The notes: generated from the letters alone by a model not told the origin. Positions 23,314 to 32,965 are shown, numbered from the stretch's first letter. The stretch is 64,000 nt of DNA from a bacterium (GCA_046757525.1 JBHHYI010000001.1:64001-128000); one strand, 5' to 3'. A program made the numbers and translations.

Positions 23314-24903
23314 ATGTCGAAAGTCTCTGAGCGCAAAAAAATATTTACTACCGATTCCGGCATTAAAGTCAAAGCTGTCTACGACGAGGCAGATGTCGCA
23401 GACTCCAAGGGTCTGCTGGGCTTTCCTGGAGCGTATCCCTTCACTCGCGGGATTTATTCCAATATGTATCGCGGCCGATTTTGGAGCATGCGGCAATATG
23501 GCGGTTTTGGTACGGCAAAGGAAACCAACCAAAGATTCAAGTATTTGCTGGATAACGGACAAACGGGCCTGTCGGTCGCCTTTGATCTGCCTACCCAAAT
23601 GGGTTTCGATTCGGACTCCCCGCTGGCAGAAGGCGAAGTGGGGAAGGCAGGCGTGGCGATCGATAGCCTCAGGGACATGGAGATTCTGTTCCAGGATATA
23701 CCGCTGGAGAAAATAACCACGTCCATGACCATCAACGCTACTGCTGCCATTCTTCTGGCCCTTTATGTGGCCATCGCCAGGAAGCAGGGTGCAGATTTGA
23801 AACGAATCAGCGGCACGATTCAAAATGACATTCTCAAAGAATACATCGCTCGCTCGACTTACATTTATCCGCCGGAGCCCTCGATGCGAATCGTGACCGA
23901 CATTTTTGAGTATTGCAAAGACCACCTGCCGCGCTGGAACACGATCTCCATAAGCGGCTACCACATCCGCGAGGCTGGTGCCAATGCCATCCAGGAGTTG
24001 GCGTTTACCTTTGCCAATGCCATCGCCTACATTGAGGCGGCCCTGAAGCGCGGTTTGAATGTGGATGAATTTGGCGGTCGGTTGTCCTATTTCTTTGCCT
24101 GTCATAACAATTTTTTTGAAGAAATTGCCAAATTCCGGGCGGCGCGTCGTATTTATGCAACCATTATGAAGGAAAGATTCAACGCTGCCAGGCCGAAGAC
24201 CCTGATGCTGCGGTTCCATACGCAAACAGGTGGGTCCACCTTGACCGCGCAACAACCGGATAACAACATCATTCGGGTGGCGTTGCAGGCCCTCGCCGCT
24301 GTTTTGGGCGGCACGCAGTCGTTGCACACCAACTCCAAAGACGAAGCGCTGGCGCTCCCGACCGAGGAGGCCGTACGCATCGCCTTGCGAACCCAGCAAA
24401 TCATCGCTCATGAATCGGGCGTGGCCGACACCGTCGATCCGCTGGGGGGGAGCTATTTTCTGGAATCCCTGACCCAAGAAATCGAGTCCAAAGTGTGGGG
24501 ATATCTTGACCGAATCCAGAAGTTGGGAGGGGCGGTAAAAGCCATTGAAGAGCACTATTTTCAGGAGGAGATCAGCAGAAGCGCCTACAAATATCAGAAA
24601 GAGATCGAGGCGAATGATAGAATCATCGTGGGCGTGAATGAATTTGTTCATGAAGAGAAAGAACCTCAATCAATTTTGCGCGTCGATCCCTCGGTCCGCA
24701 GCGAACAAATAGCTGCCCTGAAAAAATTAAGAGCCGATAGAGATACTGGCAAAGTCGAGCGTTTGCTGGCAGAATTGAGAACGGCTGCGCAAGGCTCTGA
24801 AAATCTCATGCCCAAGATTCTGGCCTGTGTCGAAGGTTACGTAACCCTGGGAGAAATCTCTGACACCTTGCGAGAAGTCTTCGGCAGCTACAGCGAAAGC
24901 TGA
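23314..24903 (+). CDS. Methylmalonyl-CoA mutase, substrate-binding subunit (no B12-binding domain)
   Basis: PFTRGIY, RQYGGF (Tyr specificity residue), [31 protein letters not shown]. Confidence 0.9.
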   Translation: MSKVSERKKIFTTDSGIKVKAVYDEADVADSKGLLGFPGAYPFTRGIYSNMYRGRFWSMRQYGGFGTAKETNQRFKYLLDNGQTGLSVAFDLPTQMGFDSDSPLAEGEVGKAGVAIDSLRDMEILFQDIPLEKITTSMTINATAAILLALYVAIARKQGADLKRISGTIQNDILKEYIARSTYIYPPEPSMRIVTDIFEYCKDHLPRWNTISISGYHIREAGANAIQELAFTFANAIAYIEAALKRGLNVDEFGGRLSYFFACHNNFFEEIAKFRAARRIYATIMKERFNAARPKTLMLRFHTQTGGSTLTAQQPDNNIIRVALQALAAVLGGTQSLHTNSKDEALALPTEEAVRIALRTQQIIAHESGVADTVDPLGGSYFLESLTQEIESKVWGYLDRIQKLGGAVKAIEEHYFQEEISRSAYKYQKEIEANDRIIVGVNEFVHEEKEPQSILRVDPSVRSEQIAALKKLRADRDTGKVERLLAELRTAAQGSENLMPKILACVEGYVTLGEISDTLREVFGSYSES

Positions 24904-25754
24904 TGTTTGCGAACAATCACAACCGCTTCCATTCGGTTGCCCATCCGAGCACGAATGAATTTTCCGGTTTCAAAGAGGTGTTAGCAGCAAATCGCGGGAC
25001 GCGACGTTTTGGCAAAAGGAGCTTTGTCTTCAACCGGTTAGGCTCCACCAACAGTTATGCAAAGCGATTGGCCGCCAAGGGTAGCGCGGAAGGTACGCTG
25101 GTAATAGCGGAAAAACAGACCCGGGGACGGGGCAGGAGGGGCCGTCGTTGGGAATCGGCACCTGGAAAAGGATTGTGGATTTCATTGATTTTGCGTCCGG
25201 ACCTCGAGGCAGACAAGGCCGGATTGCTTGCCCTTTTGGCGGGCCTTTCCGTTGCCCAGACCGTTGAAACCCATCTAAACTTGTCTGCTGAATTAAAATG
25301 GCCTAATGATGTGTTGATTCAATCAAAGAAGTTTTGCGGGATTCTGAGCGAAGCTGAAATTTCAGCCCGACAAAGACTCGCCTGGATTGTGCTCGGAATC
25401 GGTCTCAATGTCAATCACTTGCTGGAAGACTTTTCGGACGAAATTCGTCCCAGGGCGACTTCATTGGCCATCGAATGCGGAAGCCCTGTTAGCCGCAGCG
25501 AATTGTTGCTGGCCTTTCTTGGTGTTTTGGAGGAGAACTATCTGAAACTGAAGCAGGGTGGGGCGGCTTACTTCCTCCAGCAATGGATTAGAAGATGTCC
25601 CACTTTCAAGAAGCGAATTTTGCTTCGACAAGATGAGACAGAAATGGAAGGCATCTTTGAGGATTTGGATGCCGGGGGAAGAATGCTCTTGCGTCTGGCT
25701 AATGGTGAAATCAGGCGGATTTCGGCTGGTGAAGTGATAATCCAACCCGAATAA
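24903..25754 (+). CDS. birA: Biotin--[acetyl-CoA-carboxylase] ligase
   Basis: GSTN, QTRGRGRRGRRW, KWPND, KKFCGIL, GIGLNV; no N-terminal HTH. Confidence 0.93.
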   Translation: MFANNHNRFHSVAHPSTNEFSGFKEVLAANRGTRRFGKRSFVFNRLGSTNSYAKRLAAKGSAEGTLVIAEKQTRGRGRRGRRWESAPGKGLWISLILRPDLEADKAGLLALLAGLSVAQTVETHLNLSAELKWPNDVLIQSKKFCGILSEAEISARQRLAWIVLGIGLNVNHLLEDFSDEIRPRATSLAIECGSPVSRSELLLAFLGVLEENYLKLKQGGAAYFLQQWIRRCPTFKKRILLRQDETEMEGIFEDLDAGGRMLLRLANGEIRRISAGEVIIQPE

Positions 25755-25915
25755 TTCATTCGCCGCAAAGTCGCAGAGGTGCACCGTACCAAGAATAAGA
25801 AATAGGAACGTTAGTGTCAGTAACACAACGTTTTTCTACGTAAGTTTTTTATTTGCAATCGCACAAAGGGAATTCGTACTGAGTCCCGGCGATTTTCTAA
25901 ATATTGAGGAGATTC

Positions 25916-26683
25916 ATGTTATTAGCAACCGACATCGGCAACACACACGTCACCATTGGCGTCTATTCGAAAGAGAGGTTGCTGGCCCATTGGCGCTTGT
26001 CTTCGGATACGGTTCGTACCGAAGACGAGAGCTGGATCATGCTCACCATGCTGTGCCACAGCGCCGGGTTGGATCCTGCAAGATTAACCGGGTGCGTGGT
26101 CTCCTCTGTGGTTCCGGACTTGACCCACATCTATGCCACCATGGCCAAAAGCAATCTCGCAATTCCATGCGTGGTCATCGACGCGAACCTGGACACGGGT
26201 CTGAGAATCTTGTACAAAGATCCCATGTCCGTCGGTGCCGACCGCATTTGCAATGCGGTGGCGGGTCACCACAAGTACGCTGGTCCATTGATCATTGTCG
26301 ATTTTGGCACCGCTACCACCTTCGATGTTGTCTCGGAGGAAGCTGAATACCTGGGTGGGGTGATTTGCCCTGGCGTTGAATCGTCTTCCTACATCCTGCA
26401 CCGATACGCGGCCCGGCTGCCCAAGGTGGAATTAAGATTCCCGAAAAAGTTAGTGGCCAGGACCACGGAGTCCAGTATGCAAGCGGGCATCATGTATGGC
26501 ACCGTAGAAATGGTTAACGGTCTTGTGCGCAGATTGCTCCGCGAATTAGGTCGCCAGGCCACAATCATAGCCACAGGCGGCATAGCGGATCAGTTGATCG
26601 AAAAACTCGACATGGCGCCAAAACTTGAACCTCTGTTGACTTTAGAAGGGATGCGGCTGATTTATGAGAGAGTCAAGAAGTAG
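25916..26683 (+). CDS. coaX: Type III pantothenate kinase
   Basis: DIGNT, GADR, VDFGTATTFD, ATGG, LTLEG; follows birA. Confidence 0.95.
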   Translation: MLLATDIGNTHVTIGVYSKERLLAHWRLSSDTVRTEDESWIMLTMLCHSAGLDPARLTGCVVSSVVPDLTHIYATMAKSNLAIPCVVIDANLDTGLRILYKDPMSVGADRICNAVAGHHKYAGPLIIVDFGTATTFDVVSEEAEYLGGVICPGVESSSYILHRYAARLPKVELRFPKKLVARTTESSMQAGIMYGTVEMVNGLVRRLLRELGRQATIIATGGIADQLIEKLDMAPKLEPLLTLEGMRLIYERVKK

Positions 26684-26933
26684 TCGACAGGCAAAGCACG
26701 CCGGGAGCCGCAAAACAAGTCCGGGCTTTCGGGCCCGGCGCTGGACTTCATGAATCGAGCATCGGTCTCTTAGGTCCTAAAAATACCCGTTTCCTACCTT
26801 CCACGCTCAGAGGATTCTGGTCGTTTTCCGGCCATTCGCCTCAAATCTGTTCAAACTTGCGCGTCAGTCTTTCCTAACAAGCTTCGACCTAAGTGCTTAG
26901 TAACTCGAGGCTTGTACAACCACTTTTTCCTTT

Positions 26934-26949
26934 CGGCACAACCATTGCA
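26934..26949 (+). promoter_or_regulatory. Sigma54 promoter motif upstream of the activator gene
   Basis: CGGCAC-AACCA-TTGCA. Confidence 0.7.
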
Positions 26950-27073
26950 CGTGCGTTCAGGATTTATGGCTCAAATCATTTTGACACCATCACTTTGCTT
27001 CAATTCATTTAATAACCAAGGCTGAGTCATGGCCCTTCGTAAGTCAAAATCTGTTTTACAAAGAGGACGTATT

Positions 27074-28471
27074 ATGCCGTTAAAATCGCCGAGGATTTTG
27101 ATTGTCGACGACGAACCGCTCATGAGCAACATGCTCAATGAAGCCTTGAAGAAGAAAAACTATGACGTCTCGATTGCGGACAACGGACGGGCCGCCATCG
27201 AGCTGTTAAAGAAAGTCAAGTTTGACCTGGTGATCACGGACATTTTTCTTCCCGACATCAACGGCATGGATATACTCAAAAAGGTCAAACAACTGGACGC
27301 CAACATTGGGGTCATCATGATCACGGGGCACGGCTCTATTGAGAAAGCCGTGGAGGCTATGAAAGTTGGAGCCTATGATTTCTTGAGCAAGGGGTTTTCC
27401 ATCGGCGAAATCGAAGTTACAGTTGAAAAATTTTTCAAATACCAACGGCTTTTGCAGGAGAATGAATTGCTGCGTTCCGAGTTGGGCTGCCGTTACGGGT
27501 TAGAGCGCATCATTGGCAAGAGCGACTCAATCAGAAAGGTGTTCGAGACCATTGAAATGGTGGCACCTACCAAGGCCACGGTTTTGATTCAAGGCGCCAG
27601 CGGCACTGGCAAAGAGCTCTTTGCGCGCGCGATTCACGACTGTAGCCCCCGGCGGGAGCAGGCCTTTGTAAAAACAAATTGCGCTGCGATTCCCGAAGGG
27701 TTGATTGAAAGCGAGCTTTTTGGACACGAAAAAGGGGCCTTCACCGGGGCTATACGCCGCACCAAGGGCAAGTTCGAATTGGCGGATGGCGGCAGTTTGT
27801 TGTTGGACGAGATTAGCGAGATCAGGCCCAATTTGCAGGCCAAATTGCTGCGCGTGCTGCAGGAAAGGGAATTCGAAAAAATCGGAAATCCTGAATCGAT
27901 CCAGGTCGATGTGCGCATCATTGCTACGACCAATCGCGATTTAAGAGAAGAGGTCAAGCGGGGAAATTTTCGCGAGGATCTGTTCTACCGCTTGAATGTC
28001 GTACCGATCTTTGTTCCGCCTCTGCGGGATCGCAAGGAAGACATTCCTTTGTTGGTGGATCACTTCATCGCCAAATACTCAAAAGAAAATGACCGGCGCA
28101 TCGCTTGCATCGATGAGCAGGCGTTGCACGCTTTGCTGCAACATGATTGGCCAGGGAATGTTCGTGAACTCGAGAATGCCATTGAACGCGCTATCGTCAT
28201 CTGTAAGAACGACACCATTTTGCCGCAACACCTTGCGGTTGGCGAGTTTTGTCGACAGGAAAGCGGCTCTAACTCGACCTATTCTCTACCCTCTGGCAAA
28301 ACATTGAAGGAAGTGGAAAGGGAACTCATCTTGAAGATCCTGGACGAACAGGGAAAAAATAGAACGCATGCAGCGCGCAAATTAGGCATCAGCGTTAGGA
28401 CTCTACGAAACAAACTGCGCGAGTACAAAGGTGACGACTCCGCAAGTCGAGAGGAGCTGGTAGGAAATTAG
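27074..28471 (+). CDS. Sigma54-dependent response regulator (REC-AAA-HTH), flagellar FlbD/FlgR/FleR-like
   Basis: REC domain, GASGTGKEL, GHEKGAFTGA, WPGNVRELEN, HTH LGISVRTLRNKL; upstream of fliA. Confidence 0.9.
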   Translation: MPLKSPRILIVDDEPLMSNMLNEALKKKNYDVSIADNGRAAIELLKKVKFDLVITDIFLPDINGMDILKKVKQLDANIGVIMITGHGSIEKAVEAMKVGAYDFLSKGFSIGEIEVTVEKFFKYQRLLQENELLRSELGCRYGLERIIGKSDSIRKVFETIEMVAPTKATVLIQGASGTGKELFARAIHDCSPRREQAFVKTNCAAIPEGLIESELFGHEKGAFTGAIRRTKGKFELADGGSLLLDEISEIRPNLQAKLLRVLQEREFEKIGNPESIQVDVRIIATTNRDLREEVKRGNFREDLFYRLNVVPIFVPPLRDRKEDIPLLVDHFIAKYSKENDRRIACIDEQALHALLQHDWPGNVRELENAIERAIVICKNDTILPQHLAVGEFCRQESGSNSTYSLPSGKTLKEVERELILKILDEQGKNRTHAARKLGISVRTLRNKLREYKGDDSASREELVGN

Positions 28472-28706
28472 TTTCACCCCTTAGGCAAATTCTTCCGCCA
28501 AAAACCATCCTCAGCAATAGCCAGGGCCTTCATAGCCTCTTGAGAAGCGAGTGCCGCTTCAGATCGCTTGCAACAAGACCCGTTTCCGATCCCCAGGAAT
28601 AAGTCTCATATTATTAGTCTCCTAAGCGATTAACACAGCATAACAAAAGTTGAGATTCATTACATCTGGGCTCGTTGATCTCGATACGACTTCTCCACTC
28701 AGCCTG

Positions 28707-28722
28707 TGGCATGGAAGTTGCC
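28707..28722 (+). promoter_or_regulatory. Sigma54 promoter motif upstream of fliA
   Basis: TGGCAT-GGAAG-TTGCC. Confidence 0.7.
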
Positions 28723-28947
28723 AAATCAATTCCCCAGCTAACAGCTTGGTAATCTTGAGCTGTACAACTCCTAACAAGAATGCTTAACATTTGCTATCCC
28801 ATTTGAAACTAAGAGACCCTTAAACTATTGCAACCAGACTGTTCTTAGACTCAAACTGCTTACAATTTATTGCGGGGCATATTGCGTGTCTTCAACCGAC
28901 TTAGACGATTCTTGGTGGTAACAAGAACTATTTAAGGAGAGATTCTT

Positions 28948-29712
28948 ATGCATGCAGCGGTACAGATGAAGCTATGGCAGGAATACCGAGCTACTCAAAA
29001 GCCGGAAACTCGAGAGGCGCTTTTAGTCCAATATTTGCCCCTGGTAAAATATGTGGCGGGCAAGATGATGTTTTCACTGCCCGCTTCCGTTGATTACAAT
29101 GACTTGATCAGCGCAGGTATTATGGGGCTAATCGGTGCCCTGGAAAGATTCAATCCGGACCAGGGGGTTAAGTTTGAAACATTTGTGTTGCCTCGAATCC
29201 GGGGTGCTATTTTGGATGAATTACGTACCTTAGACTGGGCACCCAGATCCCTTCGATCAAAGGCACGCATGGTTGAACGCGCTGGTTCCCAGTTAGAAAA
29301 GGAATTGGGGCGCGCCGCCTCAGACATCGAGATCGCCGACAAACTTGACATGGACATTGGTGAATACGACTGTGTTATGCGGGACTTGAGCATGGCTTCG
29401 TTGTTATCTCTGGACGGGGGTCTGGGGGAAGAGGCCGAGAATCTTACCTCCATGTACGACCTGCTGGAAAACACACAGTCCGACAATCCTTACCGAGTCT
29501 TAGAGACCGATGAAATAAGAAAACTCCTAATAGCAGCCATAGAAAGCCTGAATGAGCAGGAAAAAATAGTCATGGCTTTATATTACTATGAAGAATTGAC
29601 CCTGCGCGAGATCGGCCAGGTGCTAAACATTACCGAGTCCAGAGTCTCACAAATCCACAGCAAGGCTATTGACGGCTTGAGAAGTCTGTTAGAAAATGAA
29701 ATCTTATCCTGA
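28948..29712 (+). CDS. fliA: FliA/WhiG family RNA polymerase sigma factor (sigma28)
   Basis: YLPLVKYVA, DLISAG, RIRGAILDELRTLDWAPRS, LYYYEELTLREIG.VL.ITESRVSQIH. Confidence 0.92.
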   Translation: MHAAVQMKLWQEYRATQKPETREALLVQYLPLVKYVAGKMMFSLPASVDYNDLISAGIMGLIGALERFNPDQGVKFETFVLPRIRGAILDELRTLDWAPRSLRSKARMVERAGSQLEKELGRAASDIEIADKLDMDIGEYDCVMRDLSMASLLSLDGGLGEEAENLTSMYDLLENTQSDNPYRVLETDEIRKLLIAAIESLNEQEKIVMALYYYEELTLREIGQVLNITESRVSQIHSKAIDGLRSLLENEILS

Positions 29713-29721
29713 CCACGGAAA

Positions 29722-30222
29722 ATGCAACGAGCAAACGGGAAAAGCAAGAAACCGAGAAGCTACCAATTTTGTTGTTCTTTGACAATTGCCAGCAAGACGG
29801 AGATGATAGGCATCGGCAGGGCATGTCTCACTGAAATTGCGTCCAGCCTGGGTTTCGACAGCAGACGCATCTATGAACTCAAATTAGCCCTGAACGAGGT
29901 CTGTGTCAACATCATAGAATATTGCTACCATTGGAACATGAATTACAAGATTCTAATCGAATTCTTTCAACACGACGATAAGTTAGAAATAAAGGTGAAG
30001 GAATTTAGCAAGTTGATCGACTCCAACATTCACCGTGACTTGGCAAAACCAGACGAAGCTAAGCTGAATTCCAACAACCATTTCTTGGTGAATCATCTCA
30101 TGGACGAGGTTTCATTTGACTATGAGGCGCCTGAAGGGGTAGAGATCAGTCTAATTAAACTGCTTGGACGCGAGAAAGAAGGAGTCATCGACAATCGGCA
30201 AACCATAGTAAATCAGAGCTGA
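29722..30222 (+). CDS. RsbW/SpoIIAB-like anti-sigma factor (HATPase_c_2 fold) with degenerate G1/G2 boxes
   Basis: ELKLALNEVCVNIIEYCY (N-box), LMDEV, terminal G..I.L.K. The DxGxG position reads EFSKL and the GxGL position reads NSNNHF. Confidence 0.75.
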   Translation: MQRANGKSKKPRSYQFCCSLTIASKTEMIGIGRACLTEIASSLGFDSRRIYELKLALNEVCVNIIEYCYHWNMNYKILIEFFQHDDKLEIKVKEFSKLIDSNIHRDLAKPDEAKLNSNNHFLVNHLMDEVSFDYEAPEGVEISLIKLLGREKEGVIDNRQTIVNQS

Positions 30223-30278
30223 TTCAGACGCTTGCAAAACAACACGGAGCTTTAGGAAACATCAAACGGAAGCGATGG

Positions 30279-30755
30279 ATGAAACTGAAGTCAAGAACAA
30301 TGGCCGACGAAGATGAAAAGCTCGTGGAGAACGACGATGTTCATTTCCATGATTTCTTGAACAACTTGAGCCGCATCATCGAATTCGATGCCGGCAGTTT
30401 GTTTCTGTATGATACGGAGTCAGAAGCCCTAAAGGAAGTTGCCAACAAGGGAGAAGGCATTGATTTCATCAGTTCCGTGCACTTTCCGCTGGGCAATGGC
30501 CTGTCAGCCTGGGTGGCCCAAAAAGGCAAACTCATCTATCTCCCTGATATTCATCGGGGGAGCAGGCATGGTGAGAATCCGGTGCGGTCGTATGTGTCCA
30601 TTCCTCTGGAAGTCAACAGCAAGGTGCTGGGGGTATTGAATCTGGGACATGGAATTCCACACGCCTTCAGCGATGAAGATATTAAGAGAATAGAATGCGT
30701 CGGCAAAGAGGCCATTCGTAGGATAGTCAACCGGAAATATTTAAAATTGAATTGA
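30279..30755 (+). CDS. Stand-alone GAF domain protein
   Basis: GSLFLYD, GNGLSAWVA, SYVSIPL...VLGVLNL, FSDED. Confidence 0.85.
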   Translation: MKLKSRTMADEDEKLVENDDVHFHDFLNNLSRIIEFDAGSLFLYDTESEALKEVANKGEGIDFISSVHFPLGNGLSAWVAQKGKLIYLPDIHRGSRHGENPVRSYVSIPLEVNSKVLGVLNLGHGIPHAFSDEDIKRIECVGKEAIRRIVNRKYLKLN

Positions 30756-30777
30756 CTGTTATGGTTTATGAGTTACC

Positions 30778-30793
30778 TGGCATGGAAATTGCA
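30778..30793 (+). promoter_or_regulatory. Sigma54 promoter motif
   Basis: TGGCAT-GGAAA-TTGCA, nearly identical to the fliA motif. Confidence 0.7.
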
Positions 30794-30973
30794 AAAACTT
30801 GGAAAAATGAAAATGGTCAAAACGTGAAAATCATTTCATTCCTCAATAAAATAACAAGTTAATTTGCTTTGCTTGCATTGCGTCATGGTTCGCACGTGTC
30901 TCAATGTGAAATATAAGCCAAATAAAATGGGTGTTGGCACATGACGAATCAACACGGCTTAGGTAACTTAATC

Positions 30974-31090
30974 TTGAAATTTATTGACAAAGTTCTGCTG
31001 GTTATTTCTATCCTCATAAGCATCGTTCAAATTGCTTTTAAACAAAGCAGACGGACTCATCTTGAAGGATCCAAATATCGGAAATCGTAA
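30974..31090 (+). CDS. Putative 38-aa membrane peptide
   Basis: TTG start after TAAGGT; MKFIDKVLLVISILISIVQIAFKQSRRTHLEGSKYRKS. Confidence 0.3.
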   Translation: MKFIDKVLLVISILISIVQIAFKQSRRTHLEGSKYRKS

Positions 31091-31160
31091 GTAATAGAAT
31101 AACTGTAGCGAATATTTTGTCAAGCTGATTTATCTTTAGTCGAATGCAATAAAGAGGTTT

Positions 31161-31610
31161 ATGGCGATGAAAGGAGTCTTGAAACCAAACTGCTGCTTGT
31201 TTATCGTTGCGTTATTGTTATCGGGGAGCTTAACCACGGTATACGGTCAAGGGACAAAATCACTTAGTAACAAAGAATTGTCAATCAATCTGAAGTCGCA
31301 AGCGTTGGTTCTTGGGCCTGTGATCCGGCTTGGCGACATTGGCATCCTCTCGGTGCCTGACAGCGTTGCGAGGCGCCGCCTGGAATCGGTTGAGTTAGGA
31401 AAAGCTGCACCGCCAGGGGAGTCCCGAGAGATATCGATTTATTACATCAGGCGCAGCTTAAAACGCGCTGGCTTAGGGAAATTTATCTCCAACATAAAGG
31501 GGCCTAAAACAATTCGAGTCACAACAGCTCCGATTGAATTGGACAAGGCCAGGCTACGAGACGGCATCGCAAAAGTGATTATTTCCAATAGATTAACAAA
31601 AAAAACATGA
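31161..31610 (+). CDS. Secreted FlgA N-terminal-domain-like protein
   Basis: Signal peptide; IRLGDIG...LG.AAPPGESREI pattern recalls long FlgA N-termini; no SAF domain. Confidence 0.5.
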   Translation: MAMKGVLKPNCCLFIVALLLSGSLTTVYGQGTKSLSNKELSINLKSQALVLGPVIRLGDIGILSVPDSVARRRLESVELGKAAPPGESREISIYYIRRSLKRAGLGKFISNIKGPKTIRVTTAPIELDKARLRDGIAKVIISNRLTKKT

Positions 31611-31637
31611 TATTTGCAAGAATTTGTGTCGATTTAC

Positions 31638-31666
31638 TTGTATATTGTCTTATTTTTTCTTATACT
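31638..31666 (+). promoter_or_regulatory. Sigma70-type promoter of csrA
   Basis: TTGTAT-N17-TATACT. Confidence 0.55.
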
Positions 31667-31761
31667 TGACAGAACGTCTAAGTCGGTTTAATGATGAAAC
31701 ATCTACTTTACAAGTGTGTGGCAACTAATTTGAGTGTGGAACAAAACCCGAGGAACCAAAT

Positions 31762-32037
31762 ATGTTAGTCCTGACAAGGAAGTTGGGTGAGACCATTGTT
31801 ATTGGCGATGATATAGTGATCAAGGTAGTTGACATACATGGCAAACAGATTCGTTTAGGCATTGAAGCCCCCACTGAAATTACCATTTTTCGCGGCGAGA
31901 TCTACGAGAGAATTCTTGCGGAAAAGGCGAAGTCCAAGCAAAGGGATGAGGAGAATGTGCAAGACGAAGCAAATGTAAGAAAAGATGAAGAAGACAAGTC
32001 GGTTAAGCTAAACCACGACGACAACTCCAAGACCTGA
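31762..32037 (+). CDS. csrA: Carbon storage regulator CsrA with acidic C-terminal tail
   Basis: MLVLTRKLGETIVIGDDI...RLGIEAP...R.EIY. Confidence 0.95.
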   Translation: MLVLTRKLGETIVIGDDIVIKVVDIHGKQIRLGIEAPTEITIFRGEIYERILAEKAKSKQRDEENVQDEANVRKDEEDKSVKLNHDDNSKT

Positions 32038-32144
32038 GGGTCTCATAGGATTCTCAGCCCTCCCTTCCCTCAATTTTCAACACCCACTCTGAACAAAACT
32101 TCTGTACCCAATCTCTCAATTTCTTAACTTTTGTAAAATTTGCG

Positions 32145-32172
32145 TAAAGCTTCAAAAAAGTTTTGCCGATAC
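32145..32172 (+). promoter_or_regulatory. Sigma28 promoter motif
   Basis: TAAA-N16-GCCGATAC upstream of the ORFs at 32213 and 32611. Confidence 0.65.
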
Positions 32173-32212
32173 AGCTATTAGAATTTCTTAATAAGCCCAA
32201 TGGAGGCAACAG

Positions 32213-32614
32213 ATGGTCGACGGCGGACTTCAGTTGCGATTCGGCCCAAGCGAGGAGACGCACATGGAGGATGAAGTAAGAGAGTTCCTCGAGACTCTTT
32301 CTGACGAGTTAACCAAACAAACACGAACTCTTTCGGAACTGAGACAAATCGTGGAGTGGCATAATAGCATGAGGCACGCCTCGAACCAGAGCCACGGATG
32401 GATTGGTCCCGATGATGAAAAGGAAAAGCTGCTAAGCTTGATCCTGGCGCACAGCAGAGATTTGACCAATTTTCAAAAGATATGGGTTACGCAAAAAAAC
32501 CGATTTTCGTTAGCTGCACAGCGCAGGATTCAAGACAAAATTAACGAGCTCAAAGAGGTCGTGTCAGATATATTGGACATGGAAGGGAGGCAACTGCCAA
32601 GAGTGACCTCTTGA
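32213..32614 (+). CDS. Hypothetical helical protein (possible FlgN/FliT-like flagellar chaperone)
   Basis: Two possible starts with RBS (32213, 32264); amphipathic helices; downstream of a sigma28 motif and coupled to the FlgM-like ORF. Confidence 0.6.
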   Translation: MVDGGLQLRFGPSEETHMEDEVREFLETLSDELTKQTRTLSELRQIVEWHNSMRHASNQSHGWIGPDDEKEKLLSLILAHSRDLTNFQKIWVTQKNRFSLAAQRRIQDKINELKEVVSDILDMEGRQLPRVTS

Positions 32615-32805
32615 AAGCGGCGAATAAAACTACTATTGAGCAACTCATTATGACTAAATCTGATGATCGTGCCAAAAATCTTAACTTGATCCTACAACGC
32701 CTTCGAAATGGATTTTACACAACCAGCGAAGTAACAGAGAGGATCGCCAAGAAAATCCTGGAGGAGCATCTCTGCCACGAGTTACCCGCGGTCAAGGAAA
32801 TTTGA
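32611..32805 (+). CDS. FlgM-like anti-sigma28 factor (C-terminal motif only)
   Basis: ILQRLRNGFYTTSEVTERIAKKIL resembles the FlgM sigma28-binding C-terminus; GGGAGG upstream. Confidence 0.5.
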   Translation: MKAANKTTIEQLIMTKSDDRAKNLNLILQRLRNGFYTTSEVTERIAKKILEEHLCHELPAVKEI

Positions 32806-32853
32806 TCAAAATCCTTGACTTTTAATTCTGGTATGTGTATTTTTCGTTTACAA

Positions 32854-32927
32854 GGGGCCGTAGCTCAGTTTGGGAGAGCGCATGACTGGCAGTCATGAGG
32901 TCGTGGGTTCGATCCCCATCGGCTCCA
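32854..32927 (+). tRNA. tRNA-Ala(GGC)
   Basis: Cloverleaf GGGGCCG/CGGCTCC with G3:U70; anticodon loop CTGGCAG; GGTTCGA T-loop. Confidence 0.97.
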
Positions 32928-32930
32928 CAA

Positions 32931-32965
32931 AAAAAGCCCGTAGCGATTCGCATTGCGGGCTTTTT
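32931..32965. terminator. Bidirectional Rho-independent terminator
   Basis: AAAAAGCCCG...CGGGCTTTTT between convergent units. Confidence 0.8.

Noticed and set aside
23308..24669. 453-aa minus-strand ORF
   Set aside because: Antisense shadow of the methylmalonyl-CoA mutase gene; no recognisable motifs
26717..26748. GC-rich UUCG hairpin after coaX
   Set aside because: No U-tract and no family match; at most a transcript-stabilising stem
28472..28947. c-di-GMP or other riboswitch in the fliA leader
   Set aside because: No recognisable aptamer consensus by eye; a covariance-model search would be needed
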